A stretch of DNA of 64,000 nucleotides from Perna viridis (Eukaryota), in the NCBI GenBank assembly GCA_037379345.1, contig CM074512.1, forward strand, positions 59,417,597 through 59,481,596. Direction: 5' to 3'. Below are positions 52,912 through 64,000 of the stretch, one piece after another. The notes under the pieces were generated by a model. The model had not been told where the DNA came from and made no database searches. It saw nothing but the letters and a program-made list of their open reading frames with translations. Positions within the stretch are counted from its first letter, which is position 1. Every line of letters starts with the position of its first letter. The position numbers were made by a program, and so were the translations under genes.

Positions 52912-53289
52912 AGGCACGCCGTATTTATTTCTATTCCACTTAATATATCTGAATATATCTTATATAATTTATGAGTTATCTTCTATATTTGATAAGGTAT
53001 CTTACAAATTTTTATCAGATATTTATATAATGTACAGTTAACAAGATATCCGATTAAAATATACGAGATATCTGATAAAGTTTATGAAATATTTTATATA
53101 TATGTATAACATATATGATATCTATCTTATACCTATATAAGGTATCTTCGTATCTTCGAGATATCTTATAAAGAATTTAAGATATCTCATAAATTTTGTA
53201 AGATATCTTATAACTTTTATAAGATATTTTATAAAGTGCAAAATATACATTTATCTCGAAGATGAAATAAATATAAATACGGCGTGTCT
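52912..53289. mobile_element. MITE with TA flanks and an AT-rich AGATATCT-type interior
   Basis: TIRs AGGCACGCCGTATTTAT / ATAAATACGGCGTGTCT with TA on both sides. Confidence 0.75.
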
Positions 53290-53740
53290 TATAAATGCAC
53301 ATTAAATGACCACCAATAGATTAACAATTTGATATGCACGTAATTTTATGTGCATCGATGATCACGCATGTGTTTTTTTTAAAGCATAGATAACATACAT
53401 TTATAATGCATACAATTAGATATGCTTCAAACAGGGACCACATGGGATTGCTCGCACTCTCAAATATGCATCCCACTAGTATATCCACGAAAGGTGTGAT
53501 CCCAGATTGGGGATGCCTCCGTCTAACTCATTTAAAAAAAACGCAGATTCATGTATCACTATTTACTGCTCAACAATCACCTGATAAATGACGAATCTAA
53601 TGCATAAACACATGGATCACCATCAAAGATTTCTAGTTAAATCAACACAATGATTTGAACATTCAAACTCCATATTTCCACACTCGCTTGGACCGAAAAT
53701 GAAACAAAATCGATCTTGACATCGCAAGACAGACAATAGA

Positions 53741-54525
53741 AAAAGTAATCAAAGGAAGCAAGGTTCTTGCGGAAATCAAAAGAATTTAATCCAGGGACAA
53801 AACCAGACATGGTAATCAGTCACACACAACTAAGAACATAAAATAACCAAAATAATACGTATAAAGTAACAAAAGTAAATGAGCATCTCGGGCCCCACTA
53901 AAAACTGGGAGCATGAACCAGATATGCAGCGGTGGGGTAAGCGTCCTCTGCTTTTCTAGAAACACCAGCCGATTTACTCATAAAAAGTCAAGTTCGGGGT
54001 AGAAAGAGGAAAGGAAAACTATGACACGTTGAACAAATCAGTTTTCATGGTGCAGATAGATACACCGTAATGATCCACGAGTCTATGACGACGACCTTAA
54101 AACTCCTGTAGTGGTGACTTGTAGCAATATAATCCTGTTCCAGAAGCCTAATTGTAAAAATTCTAGCGCGATACAAAAAGTCGGCGTAGTTACGGCAAGC
54201 TCTGGCATAACGTATATGAAAACTCCATACACAGGTGTTAAAGGGATGTTTCCACAGATGAAAGGAAAGTTGACAATACGGAATGAAAAGTCATCGCGTT
54301 TGTCGTATAGTTTGGTCGGTAGTTTTCCTTTACCATCGATCTAGAGATAGATCAAGATATGATGCTGACTTCACAGTGTCTAGTATCCTTTACCTAAAGT
54401 TCTTTTGGGTAGATGCGATGTATCAAACCCCGGAAATTAGGATCCTTCTTTTGGATCAGATCAGCTATGAAGTTAGACTCGTAAGAGTGAAAGAATTGGT
54501 CAGCAAGTAGTGGGGCACAAATTGT
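53741..54525 (-). mobile_element. Naiad PLE family A 3' fragment
   Basis: Reverse complement of the RT C-terminus and family 3' UTR (GGTAAGCGTCCTCTGCTTTTCTAGAAAC). Confidence 0.88.
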
Positions 54526-56190
54526 TCAAAGTTCAAAGGGTAGGTGCAGATGTGCGGTACATATCGCTGTACTTTTTATGATTAGTGATATATGAAAAGG
54601 GTAGGCATTTTAGTTGCAGTAGTATATGTGATTGGGGGTAACATTTACAAATAGCCTGTGTATTTACACATGGTTATTGATTAGACATCAATTAAATCAT
54701 CCTTAAAATCATCAAAGTAGGTGAAGATTAACACTTGACTGAAATTAATGGGTTATATAAATGTATTGCATATGTATAAATGGATGTCACTTTTTCTTTG
54801 ACAGAATATAAAAATGGGTTGGGTAAAAATTTTCGGGGCCGCACACCAGTACCCATATACCCGTTAAGTTACCCCCAATAAAAGAAATGTGGAGTTAGAA
54901 TGTTTAAATCATTGTGTTGGTCACCCTTTTCGTAGTTATACAGCAGTGGGGCTGTATATTGGATAGTGGGAACAAGCTCCTCCGCAGAGACTATATTATA
55001 CTAGTATTATACAGTCTCTTCTCATAACCACTAAAAGGTTACTACTGACATATTACTATTATTGTTATTATTATCATATACAACTTTTATATAGCGCCAA
55101 TAGTAAAATGTTCCAAAATTGGAATGTGTATGAAAGTCGCATAACTTCTGTAAAAATGGAAGCGCAATATGATCGTCTATATAAGGTGACTTTACATCCT
55201 ACAAAATATGAAGGACATATCCGTTTATAGCGGTTTCGAAGGAGAAAAACATCGCTTCAAACCCAATAAAACTTCACCAATATAAAAACATGTACAAAAG
55301 CAGATTTCTATTAGACTGTGAGAAAAATTCAAATATCAAATGAATATCTGCAAGCATGACCAAAAAGGGGGAAAACTGGTTTGCTGGACTGATGGATGGA
55401 ATAACTGACATCTGGAACCTTTAGCGATTCACCCTTGGGACTGTTAAGCTAAGCTAGGATTTAAGGGGTTGTGACTGAAAATTTCAGGAATTTGGGACCA
55501 AGCAGGTCCCACTCTTATTCTGGTCAAATTCTTATTTTATGTCAAAAATTGAATCACAATTAAAATTAAGAACAGTATCAAGCTTGAATGCTGTGTGAAT
55601 ATACTTACCTAAACTGTTCAAAGTTTATTGTTGATTCCTTAACAAATTTTTAATTAGTTGACTTTGTTAGTGTTGAATTCTTTAACCTGTTCTAAAATGA
55701 TCTGCATACAATGTTTAGCTATTAATAATTTGAATGTTTTACCATGATAGGTAAATGTCCAAGTTCCTTGACAACAATCATAATTTCTGCATCAGAAACA
55801 TATGATATGCTATTATGTTATTTAACTATATTATCCAAGTTCTTAGCTGTAATGAGCTTGAACGCTGTGTTCACAATTGCCCTAATTGTTCAGGTTTGGA
55901 TCGTTTTAGATTGTGCCCTATGTTATATCAAGTTATAATAGTAATATGGTGTCTTACTATGATCAAAAGTAACGAGTTTTGTTTTCAGACTTTCTGTTTT
56001 ACATCCTTATGAAAATTTTTAAAGTCCCTTTCTATATCATGACAAGGCTGGACACTGGTCAAAATGAATATACCCCTTTCTAAGCACAAAGTATACAATG
56101 ATTATAAACCAGGTAAAAAATTTTTTTTTACAAATGTAGTATATTAGGCTTGCCACTAGGAAACTTGTTCGTCAAAGATACATGTACTAT

Positions 56191-56607
56191 AAAGAGTAAT
56201 AAAGGCAACCAAGGTTCAGCACACTTTACAAGTTGACGTACTCCCAAATAGAGTGGGGAAATGCTCTCAGACCCACGTGGGTCTGGGAGTAGGCCTTAGC
56301 GTCAACACAGCAGCCCAGCCACTAGTAGGACATACTCTGACTGAGTTCTTTGGTCAGGTATCCCAAAGGCTGGGCTCCACTACCTTCTACTACTTAACTG
56401 ACATCTACTAACAGGATCTCTGTAAGGGGCCGTCGTGCAAGATCTGTAAGGATATTCAAGACCGTAAAAACCCCCATCATCATCCAAGATTCAGCAGTAA
56501 TTAAAAGAATACAATCAAAGGATAAAGACAGACATATGCAACGAAGAACAATAACCAATATGTACAAAGATGCAAAAATAATTGAGCAACAGAGACTCCA
56601 CTAAAAA
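56191..56607 (-). mobile_element. Old Naiad family A 3' terminus, split by a retroposon
   Basis: AAAGAGTAATAAAGGCAACCAAGG...; resumes CAGTAATTAAAAGAATACAATC...GAGCAAC...ACTCCACTAAAAA. Confidence 0.7.
56222..56483 (+). mobile_element. 262-bp structured retroposon fragment with (CAT)3 tail and 13-bp TSD
   Basis: TSD CCAAG(G/A)TTCAGCA at 56209-21 and 56484-96; several strong hairpins; tail ACCGTAAAAACCCCCATCATCAT. Confidence 0.8.
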
Positions 56608-58272
56608 GAATATCAAAATATTTAGAATTAAATTAATACCTAAACTTATATAAATAATATATGCTGTCAACCTTAACCTGTATGTAGAGCTGCAATATCT
56701 CACTATAATGTTAAAAATTCTATTTTATAATACATGTAAAGCCAACCTTTGTTTTTATTTGTCGTTATAGTATACCTGTCACTATTTAATTGACTTTTTG
56801 AAAACGATTTTTTTTCTATTTTGCTATCTGGATAGTTTCTATGTAGAAATGAAACAAAAAAAGTGGTGGTGACAAAAAATATGGGTTAAAAAGAAAAAAA
56901 AACAATAACCATACAATTTTATTGGAAGTATAAAAACAGCTTAAATAAGGGCGGTATTTTCAATACAAGTATTTTTTTAAACAGCCACTTCTCAGAACTA
57001 TTTTTCATTATAAATGGAAAGTAAACATAAATATCTTACAAGTTTAAAGGATAAATAAAGGCATTATCCACCCAATTTTTTGTTCTACTTTCTTTATATT
57101 TTAACAGTCCATAGTTAAGTCTTGTTAGTCAACCAACTAAACTGTTTTTGCACCATGAATAAGTTCCATAGGAGAGTTCCAAAACAAGTACAGGTTACAG
57201 CCTGCCAAGCAGCTGGTTTTAAATGTTTTCATACTTTCTGATACCATCCGATTTATTTTATTTACTTTCATCAGTCTTAATGTGATTTTAGGGGTCAGTT
57301 ATCTAAATACAACAAATTAAAAAATATATGGTCTCATGATTAAAAAACCAAGCAACAAAAATGCTAACTGATTATTGTACATCATCCTTACTGAACAAAT
57401 AACACCTGCATCGTCATGAATTTGCAAGCAAAACCTTCTGAAAATGAGGAATTATAATCTCATCATATCAGAATTCAACGATAATCTGTTAAAGTTTGAA
57501 AGTCAGTGCATTTTATTGACATACAAAACTACAATAATGTAAAAAAAAAATGTATTAACAATAGTTTAAGTGACACCTTTCTGTTGTTCAATTCTTATTG
57601 CAATATGCTCCTTTTTTCATTCCAGAAAGCTTCACTGCCAAAGATATGCTAACTGGAGAGAGTTATTACAAAAGCTTACAGGCTGATTTCATTCATCAAA
57701 TAACTATAGTTAACTGTTGTAGGTCATTTAGTACTTCATTCATCATAATTCCTGCTAAAGTTGGTGATAATCTCTTAACTCTGAGAAGATTCCAAAGAAT
57801 ACAAAACATAGCAGCTAAGAAATTTAAGTTAATGAGGCTACAAGTTTATTACAACATCAGTCTTATGAAGTAAAGATTTGTTACTTTGGTTAAATGTAGA
57901 TTTCAGCCCAAAACATCTAAGTTGAGTGTTAAAAAAAAAACACAACATGGATGTAATCCAGGATGATTCATCACGTTATGTAAATACAGTTACAATTCAT
58001 AATTTGTGAAAGTTTTAAACCAAACTAAAGACTAAACAAATATAAAACACATAATTAAAGGTCTGCTAAAAAACACATGGACTTCAGTTATCATTACTAA
58101 ATGTAAACCAGTCTTTATTTCTTTGGTACTGACAAATTCAAGAAGGATGTACCAGTACATGTTTTTCTAGAAGGCATTTTAAAACTTATACACAGATAAA
58201 TCAGAAGGCAGTGCCTCTCTTGACCTAATGATCAGGTGACTTGTCCTCAGCCTTCATATCAACACAGATAAA

Positions 58273-58427
58273 TCAGTAGTCAAGACTCATAAGAAGGGCA
58301 GTGCCTCTCTTGACCCAATGATCAGGTGACTTGTCCCCAGCCTTCATATCTACACTGACAACAAATGATGACCTTTCACCTGTACCAGCTCTATTAGGGT
58401 AGTAATAACAAGGACATGTATAAATTC
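58273..58427 (-). CDS. DNAH2: Axonemal dynein heavy chain 2, last coding exon
   Basis: GIYTCPCYYYPNRAGTGERSSFVVSVDMKAGDKSPDHWVKRGTALLMSLDY*, matching the DNAH2-type C-terminus (CPCYYYPNRAG...DHWIKRGTALLMSL); CAG acceptor, phase 1. Confidence 0.92.
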
Positions 58428-58477
58428 CTGAAAAGATATAATACAATCAAAGTAAAATTTGAAATATAAATTTTTTG

Positions 58478-58615
58478 GGGGTATCACATCAATATGTTTG
58501 GGTAACGCATCAATATGTTATGGTATCGCAACAATATGTTAGGGTAACAATCAATATTTTGGGGTATCACATCATTATTTTTGGGTATCACATCAATATG
58601 TTTGGGTATCAAATC
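58478..58615. repeat. 21-bp minisatellite, about 6.5 copies (intronic)
   Basis: Unit GGTATCACATCAATATGTTTG with variants. Confidence 0.9.
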
Positions 58616-58914
58616 CTGACATTGATACATTGAAATAATTAACAAATCAAAAAAAAAAAAAACAAGCATAGAAATATTGAAAATTTCAATATTCTGTACA
58701 CCTGTTTCAAGGAGTAACCTCTTATTAGTTGCTTTAGAATAAAATTTGTAGGAAGATCTAAATCCAAAAACTAATTATATAAAAGAAGTACTCACAACCG
58801 AAGCTATCATATTAAAAGGTCAAATCCATCCCATATTCAGTACAAGGAATGAAGCCTCAGTGTTTTTTTTTCAAATTTTGATTAATAATTTATGATACAA
58901 ATCAGGGTCTGACT

Positions 58915-58975
58915 ACTGGGTTGGTGAATATACCCTTGGTGTCCTTTGATCCACCAGCAGTGGCATCAACCCAGT
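58915..58975 (-). ncRNA. Solo diverged copy of the Naiad 5' structured motif, in a DNAH2 intron
   Basis: ACUGGGUUGAUGCCACUGCUGGUGGA...AGGGUAU..UCACCAACCCAGU aligns with 15575-15630. Confidence 0.55.
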
Positions 58976-59056
58976 GATTATTAAGCATTAAAATAATTTA
59001 CACACAAGGGTAAGTTCAGTATCTACAAGGGTTAAGTCCAGAAACTGTTCTTGTGA

Positions 59057-59873
59057 AACAAGAGGCTTCCAGGAGCCTGAATCACTCACCTGTTTAAATT
59101 TTTGTCTTTCAAGGGCAATAACTTTAACAAAGAGTTGTCTGACAATTTTACTCAAGAAGACTTATCAAAAGGATCATTTCATCAAGTGAAAGTTTCATTC
59201 TAACTGTTACAGTTTCCAATATATTGACTGAAAACTGCTAAAAACAACAAGTAGTCTGACAACTTTGATCCCCACAAACTTTTGTAGGCCTAATCATGAG
59301 GATCATTCTATCTATCACAGTTTTCAAGATATGGACTTAAAACTGTAAAAAAAAAAAAAAAAAGAAGTCATTTTTCACCTGTCAAGGGCAATAACATTTA
59401 AAAGGAGTCATCTGACAACTTTGATCCTTGGAGACATTCGTAGGACTTATAATAAGGATCATTTCAGGAAATGAAAGAATTTGACTAAACCTAATGGTTT
59501 TGGACATATATGCAAGAAACTACTGTCTGACACCTACAAATGTATGTTCTACTTTAGTAACAACTGCCATATTTTTTGATGGATCAAAAACCCCCATGCC
59601 TGGGTTCTATGCATGATATACCAAGGACCAGGTTTGGTTCCAATAGGTCAAGTAGTGTCAGAGCAGAAGATTTTGGAAAGAAATAACATTAAAACTAGCA
59701 AAAAAATGTTGAAAAGGGTAATAACTCCAACATGGCCTTACAGATTTTAACAAAAATTTGGCAACAGATGGATCTCAATCATGCCAAACACATTAATCCA
59801 TGTCAGAATTTGGCTAAACCTAATGGTTTTGGATGGCAACAGCTCACATGGCCTTTGGCAATGTGAGCTAAAA
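59057..59873. repeat. Probable HINE-like dispersed repeat in a DNAH2 intron
   Basis: Begins AACAAGAGGCT...GAGCCTGAATCACTCACCTG; internal units AAGGGCAATAAC...TCTGACAA; ends in the stem-loop AGCTCACAT...ATGTGAGCT AAAA. Confidence 0.6.
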
Positions 59874-60172
59874 TTGGAATGAGAAACAAAAGTAAACTAT
59901 GCACTACAACCATTTGTAGCTTGAGTGGTATTAACAAGATTTAGTAGAGTATTAAGCAATGATAGCATTGTTCTGTAACACTATAATTCTCCCCAATCAG
60001 AATAAGGATTAAATACACTTTCCTAAATGTAACATGCATACTACATGTATTTCCAATGTTATCAGATTACTATTTCTCAAAAATGAGGCCTCATTAAACA
60101 CTCATCTACCACAATCCTTTCAGTCAGGTTCCATGTATTTATATAAAGTTAAGTGCTCAGAAAGGATACTAC

Positions 60173-60323
60173 CTTTAGCAGCCTTTTTCTTGCTCTCCAC
60201 TGGTTTGAAGTGAATAGTTGGAATGGGACAAACCAACTCCATAGGTTTAGCCTCAATAAGACAAGAGTTCTTCATATCCCATCCGGCTCCTTGTAAGAAA
60301 AGACCTTTAACATATACACCATC
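60173..60323 (-). CDS. DNAH2: DNAH2 exon
   Basis: DGVYVKGLFLQGAGWDMKNSCLIEAKPMELVCPIPTIHFKPVESKKKAAK; canonical AG/GT, phase 0 to 1. Confidence 0.92.
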
Positions 60324-61435
60324 CTGTAAATAAAAACACTTCAACAGTTATGAATCCAATAAGGTTGATGTGACCTTTAACAAATACATTAGAGTGTAGA
60401 GGAAAAGAGACACAGGACTATCTTGAAATAAGATTTCAAATTAATTAGTGAAATTCTTTGTCTTTTCTCACCCCAGTTGCAAAGTTCAAATCATTATTTT
60501 ATGGTGAAATGCACAAAACATATCATGTCCTAACTACTCACAAAAGTTTCATGAAATATAGTACAGTAGTTTCCAAGGTGTTGAGCTTACAACAGTGTTA
60601 TGGACAGACAGACAGTTTATTGCTGCACCAGACTCATCCACCCTTTATATACAGGATTTCTAATTTGCTCCAATTTGATCTAAGTTAATATGATTAATTG
60701 CTGTCTGTAGTTTCCCAAAAACACACAGGGGATTTGCGTACTTTTGGAAAAAGTAACAAAAATAAAAACACACATTTTAAAGATGAAATAAAGGTTTTAT
60801 GCAATGACAAATCCTTTTTAATACATAATGATACTCCAATATACACCATAAAGTAATTCACGATATCAAAACCATCAATTCCGGAAATTTTGTACTTTGC
60901 CTTGAGCGATCCCCCCCCCCCCAAGACCCCTCGCCGTAATTTTGCGTACAACTAAAACAGGCCTAGCTACGCCCCTGACACACCCTGTGCCCATGAAAAA
61001 AATACCTGTATGTTACTCTTATAATGAAGATGAATTATAGGCAGAAGTTAACCAATGAGAATTCTCATGATTATCATTAGCAATCTAGGTCCCATTTACA
61101 GTAGAAAGTTGTTTTTTTTTTCAGCAGCACCATGTATAATAAAATCTGGAAATCTCTATCATATATGCCAGCACTGATATAATTATATCATATATTGTCA
61201 TGTGTTGTGTCAATCAAGATATGTATTATGAATTTGCTTTTGCTTCTGTAAATCATAACTTCTTTATTCAACACAATATATCTAATCATACAATATCCAT
61301 GAAAAGTATCAAAATTACAAAAAGAGCAAGTTACCTTTGATAATCTGCCTTCAATCATCCTGGTATGCTTTCATCACTAAAACATAATGATCTTTAGTGT
61401 ACCTAGTATATTTCCATTACTAACATAGAACTTAC

Positions 61436-61510
61436 CTTTGGTGGTCCTACTATGTTTTCATCACTAACAGTCAAAATGCTGAACTCCCACGACAATGTAT
61501 CTATTGATAC
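61436..61510 (-). CDS. DNAH2: DNAH2 exon
   Basis: VSIDTLSWEFSILTVSDENIVGPPK; TAG acceptor and GTAAG donor. Confidence 0.9.
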
Positions 61511-62165
61511 CTATAAAATAAATAAAAAAATATAGGACATTTAATGGGATATGAAATGGTACGCTCTCTGTTGAGGTACAATATACCATGCCTAAAACAA
61601 ATCAAAAAGTTAAAAACAGCATAAACTTGGAAGACTACAAATAGGATGGTCTTAAACATAATCTGTTTAAAAATCTCTTTGTGTACATTTAAATATGATG
61701 CCTCACTTCAAGTGAAATTTCATCAAAATAAATTGAATGGACTATAGGAAGAGTTGCATTTACATGTAACCCTGAATTATGATTATCACTCTTCATACGA
61801 TGATTAAAATACTGCATAATCAGTGTTTACTAATGACATACCTAAGTGAATTATATGATACTTAAAATTTTTTCAAGAAAATCAACCTTTACTGCATGGA
61901 GAAGCAACTGATGTTCGATTCTGAAATGAGGGGCTGGGTTTAATCTAGTTTGCATAAGACCCCACAGAGGAACTTCAATTAACTAAAATTATAATGATAT
62001 ATTTTCATTTAATTAGACAGATATTAGACAGTACTAAGACAGATGCACAGGTATTCAAGTTACAAACATATATTTATCATATAAACATTCATAAAGGCAC
62101 AATATACATAAAATACTCAATCAAAATAATTATAGACATAATACTTAGATTACATAAAGTCTTAC

Positions 62166-62342
62166 ATTATTTTGTCTAGCTGATGTTTGTAATACTGCAG
62201 TGAGGAAGCCAGTAGGGAAAGTAAAACCTGATATCCAGTAAATCAGTGGTGGTTGGGCTTTCTTTGACCATTTAGATAGCTGTTCAACTCTTGCTACCAA
62301 GTCCCTGGTCCATGAGGCAAGGGGCTTTAGGGAAGGATAGGC
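62166..62342 (-). CDS. DNAH2: DNAH2 exon
   Basis: AYPSLKPLASWTRDLVARVEQL...WISGFTFPTGFLTAVLQTSARQNN. Confidence 0.93.
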
Positions 62343-63192
62343 CTGAAATAAAAACATGACTTGGAACTTTAAACATCCTTGTCAATATGTACAAACATTT
62401 AAGTTAATATAATCACCATTACTTTAAACCTTTCTGTTTTATGTTAACCCCAAGCAACAGCACATGGTAAAAAGAATGACAGAAACATATACTTAATCAT
62501 ACATTAGACAGTATTTTTTTTATTTATTTTTTTTTATTTTTATTTTTATTTTATTTTTCAAACAGTTCAGTTTTGGTAGGAAGCTAGTGTGTTAGTATTG
62601 ATAATAGTCCTGTGTTTGTATTTAATTGTACAAAATATGTTGTCTGATTTATTTTATGTTCCCTATTTTTACATGTGACTCATTCTCAGACCTCTTTTGA
62701 ATTCAGCTTCATCATGATTTACTGTGTATTCTATCGTCTGCATTAAATATAAGTAGGAGGGAGTTGGGGCCTCATCAAAATATTCGACACATCTTATCTT
62801 TTTCACTCCTCCCAAGTCACAATCCTCTAGTCTTTGTTAATCTTGTGTGATTTTAAATTTTGTTCTTTTTGTTTTAAATGTTAAGGATATACGGTAATGA
62901 GATGCCCATTTCGCTCAACTGGTATATCTGCTGTTTCAGGGGTCAGTTGAAGGCACACTCCAGGAGAGAAAAAATTTCTCACCACTCATTGACTCAAAGA
63001 CTGCCTTTGGCTTCTTTTTTTCACTGTTTGGTAAGATTGTTGTTTCTTAGAAACAATCCTTATTTCTGTTTTCTTCTGTAGTCAAGTCCAAAGTTACATA
63101 CATGTATTTTTAGTGCATCATATTTAGTTATGTTATTCAGCAACATTGTCCTATTGTATTTATATCTTTATAATTCTTCCTGATTGCCTTTA

Positions 63193-63495
63193 TAGGTGAA
63201 ACCTTATAAAAACCGAACCCAGAATAATCGGAAAACCTGTCTAAACCAGTTTCAGAATAATCTGAAAACCTGTCTAAACCGACTCAGAATAGTCTGAAAA
63301 CCTGTCTAAACCAAACCCAGAATAATTCAAAAACCTGTCTAAACCAAACTCAGAATAATTCCAAAACCTGACTAAATCAGACCCTTTTTAAAATCCCCTT
63401 TTTATCATTTATATGTATTTTTAACCTTTGAAAATCAGACAAATGTCTAAACACAACCAATTCTAAAGTCCACAAGGGTTAGACAGGTATTATTG
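63193..63495. mobile_element. Decayed pogo/Tigger-like MITE with about 33-bp internal tandem repeats (5 copies)
   Basis: Ends GGTGAAACC.../...GGTTAGACAGGTATTATTG TA; unit CAGAATAATC(T/G)GAAAACCTGTCTAAACC at about 63220-63380. Confidence 0.6.
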
Positions 63496-63554
63496 TATAT
63501 ATAAATGACCTGGATGTTGAAAATTTCTTAATTATGTGTGTCAAGTATTTTTAC

Positions 63555-63704
63555 CTTAAGCCACATTGGAGGCACTCTTCCATCATATATACATTGAAAT
63601 GTATTTTCTAACTCTATTGTCATGACAATCAAACCCTTTATCCCCTTCTCTAGGTTCTTCAGAGCTGTTCTTATCTGTCCCATCAAGATGTTATACCTCT
63701 CAAT
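63555..63704 (-). CDS. DNAH2: DNAH2 exon (gene continues beyond the window end)
   Basis: IERYNILMGQIRTALKNLEKGIKGLIVMTIELENTFQCIYDGRVPPMWLK; TAG acceptor and GTAAA donor. Confidence 0.92.
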
Positions 63705-64000
63705 CTAAAAGGACAAATTTAAAACAAAAACAAATAATTTAACTTCTAAAGCAACACACTTTTGTGTCCATCACTGATTACCTCATTGACAACCTTGTTA
63801 TGAGACTGTGAACATCATCAATCGTTTCTGATGATCTCTGTTGAATTTGATACTAAAATTGAATTATAACAATTGAGTGCTACATTTTTTCTGTGCAACT
63901 ATCATTGTGGTTGGTCATCAATCTGTCAAACCAATCTGTTAAACTGGTAATCACATCACATGACCACTGAGTCATAAGTATATGTTACAGATTCCGTCAA

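Overview
AT-rich, intron-containing animal genomic DNA, not prokaryotic. The repeat content suggests a bivalve mollusc, probably mussel-like (inference). There are three host genes. (1) A multi-exon gene on + (about 21660-31911) that the ORF track does not assemble: short cytoplasmic N-terminus, one TM helix, a SEA-like module and a 5-kb cysteine-free exon encoding a sequon-rich mucin-like ectodomain (about 1820-1844 aa, type II topology). (2) A single-coding-exon BIR (IAP-family) gene at 45676-46737 with an N-myristoylation motif and an acidic tail. (3) The last five coding exons of axonemal dynein heavy chain DNAH2 on - (58273-63704). The rest is mostly decayed mobile DNA. About a dozen pieces belong to Naiad-type Penelope-like retroelements (N-terminal GIY-YIG, CxC linker, C-terminal RT), one with the pseudo-LTR/tandem junction preserved. 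There is also a Ngaro-like tyrosine-recombinase retrotransposon split by a Naiad insertion, piggyBac and hAT transposase relics, a LINE 3' end, tRNA-derived SINEs, MITEs and Helentron-like repeats. The best leads for something new are: a conserved structured RNA exactly at the Naiad 3'-end/5'-start junction (candidate self-cleaving or end-defining RNA), a conserved Naiad 3'-UTR fold, a LEM-like domain on the Ngaro Gag, the orphan type II mucin and the myristoylated BIR protein. All calls come from manual reading; no searches were run.
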